From Chrysomallon squamiferum (lineage: Eukaryota; Animalia; Mollusca): 64,000 nucleotides of DNA. The stretch is taken from assembly GCA_012295275.1 (NCBI GenBank), contig CM022665.1, positions 25,234,001-25,298,000 on the forward strand, given 5' to 3'. The translations under genes and the position numbers were made by a program. The notes beneath the pieces are model-generated. The model was not told the DNA's origin and did not search any database. It was given only the letters and a program-made list of their open reading frames with translations. Below, piece by piece: positions 54,833-64,000 of this stretch; positions within the stretch are counted from its first letter, which is position 1, and every line of letters begins with the position of its first letter.

Positions 54833-57800
54833 TAGTAAGTAATATAAACATTTTTTTTTTTTTTTTTTTAAGGAATGTATAAAAAATTGCTTTACAAAGT
54901 GCAGTTCGTTCTTATTGTCGGATATCACGAAACTCATTATTCATTATCCGTATTTCGTCTGACATAATTTAGAAATTAATCACAAAACTTTATATCAATA
55001 CAAGTCGATCACAGTGTTCATTCTGCTTTCATTATACACCAGTGAATACATTTTATAGAAGTGACGTGAACAAATCCTATATTTTATAATCACTGACGTA
55101 ACAAAACCTGTTTGTTTAATGTTGACCACTGAAGCACGGTGTTAATAAAACAATACGAAATGAAATATAAGCGAAGTATCGACGAAGGTGAGGTAAATTA
55201 ATAAATTACATTAAATAAAGTAAAGCAATATAACTGGAATACAAGGCACAGATGAAATGTGTACCGCGTATGTACAAAGCGCCACATAATAATTTCCTGC
55301 TGCGACTTCTACGTTGTTGGCCTAAGCAATCGGTCTCTTGGGCTCGTTTGCCCACGCTGAAAGCCAACGTTATGTCGTGTGAGAATGCTGTTGTATCTCG
55401 AGAGCTGGTTTAATTTAAGTCTGGAATTTCGATATCACCCACACTGCCTGGGAGACAGAATCCACAGCAAAACCGCTTTCGAACAAATCATTGTTAATTA
55501 TCCATTACGTAAAGTGTGGTGTGAGATCATATGTTCAGATTGTATTCCTACGACTGCGAGCAAGAAGAGTACGATCTCGTTTGATTTGAATAAATTAGTT
55601 CACTCATATCAGTGAAATAAAAGTGTAATATCACAGTTATTACTATTTTGTTTCATTACGTTAGAAACAGAGGTAAACATTATGTAAATAGTTCGGCTAA
55701 TAATAATAATAATAAAAAAATAAAAAAATTGAGACGACGAATCGTAGACACCTTATATTTTTCGTCTGACTTTCTCGTCTGATTTATAGCATAATTATCT
55801 TAACTTTCAGAAAAGAATTTGATGATATCTTATTTACTACTTTTTCGTTGAAAACGCCGGTACTCAGTGGTCTTCATTTTTTTAGATTTGTTGTGGATAA
55901 AACGGTCATAATGGACATTTACTTCAACTCGAAAAATTAAAAAAATAATTTGATTGTCTACAAATCGGATTCTTATTTCGATATTCCTGACAGATATAGA
56001 CATTATCCATACTTTTCATTTATTTTATTTATTATTTTAATTGTTTATTGTTGTTTTTATTGATATTTTTATTTTATTTATTTATTTATTTATTTATTTA
56101 TTTTTTTATCCAATTGCGTGAGCATTTAATTCGTTTCTTCGTCTTTGAGAATCCGATTTCTTTTTTTTTTTTTTACTGATTTTGTTGTTCTTCTTCTTCT
56201 CATCTCAGTTTTCTATCTTTTCTTTTTTAAGATATAAATTTCACAGCAGGATGTCCCATAGTAAGAACTATTAGCGATTCGCGTTTAGAAGTGACGCCGA
56301 CTAGACCTCCCTTATTGCTTTACTAAACGAATAATGTAGTCAGACTGTACCAGATAATTTCATCATTCAAATACAAATCCAGTAATTGTCCACTTGATAG
56401 AAAAGACCCCCGTTGAAAAATTGCATTTATGCTCGCTTGAATGTCGGTCATTTTTGCGCTGGTGTGAATCTAAGGCACACGTTATGTGCCCAATTGGTAA
56501 GGAGAGTCTCATCAGAAAGATAATGTAGACAATATATGACCACGAATGGCAGCAAATACGTCCACGACGGTATGGTTAATTTGGGAAATAAGACTGTAAC
56601 GAGATGAGAAAGGTATGGAAAACAACTGAGTGGGCAGAGGGGCTTGTGTGACTGTTCTACCAGTACCGTATCAACATTAAAAAAAAAAAAACCCACACAA
56701 AACACCATATTAAATTTTATAACCTGGTGCACAGTATGTATTGAATAAATAATACAAAGGAGTAAATAATGATAATTACTTTTAACGTTTCTTCTAAATT
56801 AGCAAAATTACTTTAAAACCCAAACCTTTAAACGTTTCTTTTCGTGTATTAATTAGCATTTCGTTTCTATGTTACGTTTAATCAAATTTTATCAGTCTAT
56901 CTATCTATCTATGTATCTATCTATCTATCTGTCTCTTTATCTATATCTCTGTCTGTCTGTATATCTGGCTAGCTATATATTTACTTATATATTAATTTTT
57001 CAGATTCATTTGTGGTGCCTAGTATTGGCTGTTTATTGTTGTTGTTAGTGTTGTTTGTTGCTATTTTTGTTGTTGTTGTTTTGCTGGTGGTGGTTTTTAA
57101 AAATTATTATTATTGTTGTTGTTTTTTCAGAAAATGTAATAGTGATAAATAATTGTCCTTTATCTGTCATCTCAAACTACAGTAGTTAAGAGTACGTAGT
57201 GAAACAACGCACGTGATTATCAATGTGTGCGTGTGTTTTCAGTTGTGTATGTATTTCAGCGTATGTTGTTTTTTATTCTTCTTCTTCTTTTTTCTTTCTT
57301 TTTTTTTTTGTGACATTCATTAATTTTCAAATATTTGATAATATTATACATTTTAGTATTTTAAGTTTAAAGTTCATGCGCCGTATGCATTAGCTCTTTG
57401 ACACTTGTCCATTTTCCGTTTATTTACTTTTTAAGTAACCACATGTTCTAAGAACTGTATCAGAACCACAAGCAACCTAGTGTGAGATTTGCGTCCATTT
57501 CACTGAATAATGCATTCTTCAGTTTCATTCATGCTACAGTCCTACTGTTTAGTAAAACAGCGCGTAAGTGTCTCCATTGAATATCGAAGACAAAGCTCTG
57601 AAAATAGTTGATGTTCTTCAAAGAAAATTTCTAATTAATCTTAAAGCTCACAGCAACTTTTACTTTTCATAATTGCTAGCGATTATTACAGAAAAATAAA
57701 CGTTTTGACCGGAATAACGCTTCGGACGTTAAATTTATTAATTTATCAGAAGAACGTCATTTGCGAACTGGACAGGAGCCTTAGGAATACAGGGCATTTG

Positions 57801-58349
57801 AAATTGCATACATTCAGCCGAAGAGAGACTTGGGCTAAGCGCGAGGCTTTGTCAGTTTACGTCAAGAAAAAGCAACCACGAGATAAACTGACATCACAAG
57901 CTGAGAAGACAAAGCATTGTTTAGATATGCCTGATGACTACATTCAACCAAACTGTAGAAGATGATGAATTCATACAATGCGTGAACACTGACGAGCTAG
58001 GTAAAAAAAAAAAAAAAAAGAAGAAGAAGAAGTTTTGCTATGAGGTTAGTCAGTACAAGGTGTGGTAATGAATTAATCCAATAGAAAAACCTCAAGGGTA
58101 TTGAAAAAGTCAGTGGGTACGACAAAATATTAAAAGTACATTTTCTTTCTTTTTTTCTAAAGTCTGGACAAACAAAGAAATGATAAATCTCGAAATGGTT
58201 CATAATTTCAAAGACATATTTTTTTTTTATATATTTTTTTTAATTATCGTGAGAAAGCAAATGCAGATATTTACGCTATGTAAATAAAGAACTGATAGAT
58301 TTAAGAATTATAGAACATTGCAAAGGAAGAGCCTTAGCATATGAAGAGA

Positions 58350-58407
<58 letters not shown>

Positions 58408-58419
58408 ATATATATATAT

Positions 58420-58497
58420 ATAAGAAAATACAGATATTTACTGTTGGTATGGTGTATATATATACCATACCAACAGTAAATATGTGTATTTTCTTAT
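58420..58497. repeat. 78-bp near-perfect palindrome (39-bp arms, no spacer, 2 mismatches)
   Basis: ataagaaaatacagatatttactgttggtatggtgtata | tatataccataccaacagtaaatatgtgtattttcttat. Confidence 0.92.
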
Positions 58498-60854
58498 CTC
58501 GATAACTTAAACAAATTCTTTGGAAATCATATATAGTTTTAAAACTATATAATTAACTGACTCTAAAAATCGAATTTAAAAGACTCAGTCGCTTGTATAA
58601 CACAGATGGTATGAAGACTAGAAAAGTTTCATTTTTAAATGGATTCAACGACCAAACATTCCTAAATAACCAGCATAATAAGAATTATAACAGATATAAG
58701 TACTACTACAACGTAAACCCGTGAGAACAAAACGTACAGAAAACGTTATGGTTGTACGAGAAAACTGATTTTAGAGACTTTATCCATAAATGTGTTTTCT
58801 GTATAATATATTTTCAGCATAATTCTCACGAATTAAAATGAAACTGCACTTTCCAACTGAATAAAGAGTTCGACAGTTTGACTGTTTCTTTATTAAACTG
58901 CGAACACAATGTCAGTTATCAAATGTTTAAGAATCTTTTTATTCGTGTTTCTATTTATTGCAGCCATTCTCTGAGTTATCGCAAGGTGTTGGTTGTGTTT
59001 AAAGAGCGTTGCAGTGATGATAATTGTCTTTCAGCTTTCGCTGACCCGTGCTGCTCCTTCTGTTTGTCTTGTGTCCGAAAAACACCATTGAACAAATCAA
59101 TGATTGGGACAAGAGTCTGGATACAAGTCATTTATTTTTCCATCCTGTCCTGGCCTCGTAACTGATCGATCGCATGATCTGGCACGAAGTCGTCAAACTT
59201 GTCAAGTTAATGCAATGGATGCTGTCAGTGCTGTGGTCCAGAACAACGATGACCGATAACAAACATGCAGCCAAGCTGCGATACCAAGTACAAAGCCAAA
59301 AACATAAACGCAGCGACAGCGTACTTTTTTCTTCGTTTATTTTTCTTTATTTTTTATAAAAAGAGACCTGTCTTAAACGTGATGGGTTATGGGAGTAATT
59401 CCTACTGCCTGACCCCAGAGAATTATTTCTCTTTTTCTCTGGCTGCAGAAATATTTAAATAACAAACAGCCTATCATAAGTATGATTGCCCTGCTGAATT
59501 ACTTCCCCTTTTCAACGGCTGCGGTTACGTATTTATACGGAAGAATGGACGCGTTGGTAATAATATACAAAGAAATAGCAGTACGGGTTTCTTCTCTCTG
59601 CTATGTATTTGTTTTGTTTGGGTTTTTTAAATTAAATTCAAAAAACTACAAAAACAGAAGAAAAAAACACCCAGAAACACAAGTAGTAATAATAAATAAC
59701 TAGAATTAATATTAATAATAATAATAATAATAATTTCCAACACTAGGATAGGATAAACAATGCTGATCATTCATTTAACTGACATATAAAAGAATATTAG
59801 ATATTTTCAGGGTCTGATGTCGCCCTTACAAGAATAATTTTTAACTGTTCACAAAAAGAAAACAGATAAAAATAAAAGTTTCAATCACTTTCAGCAAATC
59901 AACTTGGAGAAAGAGACTATGTTACGGACAATGATCTCCACATATTTTTGTTACATTTGTAAACTGACATTGAATGGAGAATGGGGAAGTTCTTGTAATT
60001 TGCTTTAATAATCAGATTCTCGAACACTTGACTCAACTGAAAGTATTTTCACTCTTTTTTTATTTTTCTATTTATTTACTATTTTAACTTTTATTTCCAT
60101 TTGTCTTTGGAAGATCTCAAACAAATGAAATGACGGCTTCTAACACCAGGTGCCCGCCGCAGTTACCGGTCCATTCAACCGACCAAGTTTCGTTTATGAA
60201 AACAAGACCCATTTAAAACCAGCGGTTTCCTAGATAGTTAAGAAAATTCAAAATATCCTCAGGAAACCTTGCTAAGACTAACGATTTCCCGACAAGCATC
60301 TTTTCAGTTTATTATCTTCATATGTATTTCTTTCAGTATCTAGGCCGCAGTCCATTACCAGTGAGAGTCGTTCTCATATGTCAAAGGGGCAAAAGTAAGA
60401 CCCATAATAATGTGTTTCAGTAGCACTCTGCGCGTACTTTCTGAAACACACTATTCAGAAATGAGTCTACAAATCAACCATTCATCTCCCAGTCCATAAA
60501 ATAGTATTAAATTCATTTTAATGAAAAGTGTTCCAGCTGCGACTTTCTCTTTACAGTGTGTCACAACCAGAATCGAAACCATTTACTTTCTAGTAATTGC
60601 AATTAAGGAAAATGTTATTTTCGTTTTCATTCAAAATGTATATGTATGAGGGGTGCGAACAAATGTCTTTTTACGTGTTGTTGAAACCAATCTTTCCTAA
60701 CAATAAAGTATGACAATATTATACAATGTCAGTGGAAGTGCTGTTTGCACGTTTCCTTTATGTCTGACTTCATGTTTCTCAGTATCTCTGTGTTTACTTG
60801 CTCCATCTACCTATCTGTATTCTCCCTTTCTTTCTATAAATCGATATTTTTATA

Positions 60855-60856
<2 letters not shown>

Positions 60857-60948
<92 letters not shown>
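60857..60948. repeat. (TC)n microsatellite
   Basis: Read directly from the sequence. Confidence 0.95.
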
Positions 60949-60951
<3 letters not shown>

Positions 60952-61420
60952 CTGTCTCTCTCTCTTTCCTTTTCTCTCCCACTCTTAGTCAAGCTCTCTC
61001 AAAGTGGCTTTTTTTATTCTTATCATTAATGCATCCATTTTGTGCAGAATTAATTAATTAGTAAATTATTTCTGTGGAATTAAGGTAAAAGTTCATTGAG
61101 TAAAATAATCGGAAATTCAAGTTTTCTCGAAGAAAAGAAACGCAGGAAGCCAGAAGAAAAAATAATAAACATAAATTCACGACCATATTTCGTAATTGCT
61201 AAGAACCGAAGCATTTTCAGTTCCTTTGGTGGAAATTACTTTAATGTAATTATTGTCTTCTACATGAAGATGGTCGTTTAGGTACATATAAATAGGTTGT
61301 GATAATCAAATATTAAAAAAAATAAAATAAAATTACGTAAGTATTAATGAGGTGTTTAATAAGCATTTAAGCAGCACTAGCAACAGCAGCACTTCAGCAG
61401 GAACAGTAATAATAGTTTGT

Positions 61421-64000
61421 AGCAGTAGTACTAACATAGTTATACCAGTACTACTAGCATCAGCAGTAGCATTAACATCGTTATACCAGTACTACTAGCA
61501 TCAGCAGTAGCACTAACATCGTTATATACCAGTACTACTAGCATCAGCAGTAGCACTAACATAGTTATACCAGTACTACTAGCATCAGCAGTAGCACTAA
61601 CATCGTTATACCAGTACTACTAGCATCAGCAGTAGCACTAACATCGTTATACCAGTACTACTAGCATCAGCAGTAGCACTAACATAGTTATATACCAGTA
61701 CTACTACATCAGCAGCTTATACCACTACTAGTAGCCAGCAGCTACTGGCATCAGCAGTAGCACTAACATAGTTATACCAGTACTACTAGCATCAGCAGTA
61801 GCACTAACATCGTTATACCAGTACTACTAGCATCAGCAGTAGCACTAACATAGTTATATACCCAGTACTACTGGCATAGCACTAACATCGTTATACCAGT
61901 ACTACTAGCATCAGCAGTAGCACTAACATCGTTATATACCAGTACTACTAGCATCAGCAGTAGCACTAACATCGTTTATACCAGTACTACCAGTACTACT
62001 AGCATCAGCAGCATCAGCAGTAGCACTAACATCGTTATACCAGTACTACTAGCATCAGCAGTAGCACTAACATCGTTATACCAGTACTACTAGCATCAGC
62101 AGTAGCACTAACATCGTTATACCAGTACTACTAGCATCAGCAGTAGCACTAACATCGTTATACCAGTACTACTAGCATCAGCAGTAGCACTAACATCGTT
62201 ATACCAGTACTACTAGCATCAGCAGTAGCACTAACATCGTTATACCAGTACTACTAGCATCAGCAGTAGCACTAACATCGTTATACCAGTACTACTAGCA
62301 TCAGCAGTAGCACTAACATCGTTATACCAGTACTACTAGCATCAGCAGTAGCACTAACATCGTTATACCAGTACTACTAGCATCAGCAGTAGCACTAACA
62401 TCGTTATACCCAGTAGCTAGCACCAACACAGCATCAGCAGTAGCACTAACATCGTTATACCCAGTACTACTACCAGCATCAGCAGTAGCACTAACATCGT
62501 TATACCAGTACTACTAGCATCAGCAGTAGCACTAACTACTACTAGCATCGTTATACCAGTACCACTACTACTAGCAGCATCAGCAGTAGCACTAACATCG
62601 TTATACCAGTACTACTAGCATCAGCAGTAGCACTAACATCGTTATACCAGTACTACTAGCATCAGCAGTAGCACTAACATAGTTATATACCAGTACTACT
62701 AGCATCAGCAGTAGCACTAACATAGTTATATACCAGTACTACTAGCATCAGCAGTAGCACTAACATCGTTATACCAGTACTACTAGCATCAGCAGTAGCA
62801 CTAACATCGTTATACCAGTACTACTAGCATCGTAGCACCAACAGTTATAGTAGCACTAAGCATAGTTATCGTTATACCAGTACTACTAGCATCAGCAGTA
62901 GCACTAAACGTTATACCAGTACTACTTATATACCAGTACTACTAGCATCAGCAGTAGCACTAACATGGTTATACCAGTACTATAGCCAGTAGCACTAACT
63001 ACCAGCATCAGCAGTAGCACTAACATCGTTATACCAGTACTATCGTTATACCAGTACTACCAGCATCAGCAGTAGCACTAACATCGTTATACCAGTACTA
63101 CTAGCATCAGCAGTAGCACTAACATGGTACTACTAGCATCAGCAGTAGCACTAACATCGTTATACCAGTACTACTAGCATCAGCAGTAGCACTAACATAG
63201 TTATACCAGTACTACTAGCATCAGCAGTAGCACTAACATAGTTATATACCAGTACTACTAGCATCAGCAGTAGCACTAACATCGTTATACCAGTACTACT
63301 AGCATCAGCAGTAGCACTAACATCGTTATACCAGTACTACTAGCATCAGCAGTAGCACTAACATCGTTATACCAGTACTACTAGCATCAGCAGTAGCACT
63401 AACATCGTTATACCAGTACTACCAGCATCAGCTAGCACTAACATGGTTAGCATCAGCATCAGCAGTAGCACTAAACATCGTTATATAGCACTAACCGTTA
63501 TACCAGTACTACTAGCATCAGCAGTAGCACTAACATCGTTATATACCAGTACTACTAGCATCAGCAGTAGCACTAACATCGTTATATACCAGTACTACTA
63601 GCATCAGCAGTAGCACTAACATCGTTATATACCAGTACTACTAGCATCAGCAGTAGCACTAACATAGTTATATACCAGTACTACTAGCATCAGCAGTAGC
63701 ACTAACATAGTTATATACCAGTACTACTAGCATCAGCAGTAGCACTAACATAGTTATATACCAGTACTACTAGCATCAGCAGTAGCACTAACATAGTTAT
63801 ATACCAGTACTACTAGCATCAGCAGTAGCACTAACATAGTTTATACCAGTACTACTAGCATACCAGTACTACCAGCATCAGCAGTAGCACTAAACATACC
63901 AGTAGCATATACCAGTAGTACTGGCACTAGCATCAGCAGTAGCACTAACATCGTTATACCAGTACTACTAGCATCAGCAGTAGCACTAACATCGTTATAC
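61421..64000. repeat. 41-bp tandem array (minisatellite/satellite), roughly 60 copies, truncated by window end
   Basis: Unit agcatcagcagtagcactaacatcgttataccagtactact. Variants have catag for catcg or an extra TA (43 bp). There are no unique spacers. Confidence 0.97.

Noticed and set aside
61421-64000. 41-bp array as a CRISPR array or a mucin-like coding repeat
   Set aside because: Units are head-to-tail with no unique spacers, there are no cas genes, the context is eukaryotic, the unit length is not a multiple of 3, and no ORF of 60 aa or more is reported.

Overview
AT-rich, microsatellite-dense eukaryotic genomic DNA, probably molluscan or another lophotrochozoan (inferred from the gene and SINE types). 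It is not prokaryotic, and nearly all ORF-track entries are translations of simple repeats. I can build one gene: a minus-strand neuropeptide precursor of the prohormone-4 / IDLSRF-like (IDL) family. It has four coding exons (39138-38991, 28207-28076, 26293-26180, 24667-24474; 588 nt, 195 aa) joined by GT-AG phase-1 introns. The protein comprises a signal peptide, an IDFSR-containing peptide ending at KR, one LDL-receptor class A module and a Cys-free C-terminal domain ending LLDSGFTV*. The ATG sits directly on a splice acceptor, so an upstream exon must exist but could not be placed with confidence. The rest is intron or intergenic sequence with decayed tRNA-derived SINEs, a Helitron-like terminus, several hairpins (one a 78-bp near-perfect palindrome), 40-bp and ~37-bp minisatellites, and a 41-bp tandem array of at least 2.5 kb that runs off the right end. 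I found no convincing novel multi-gene system.
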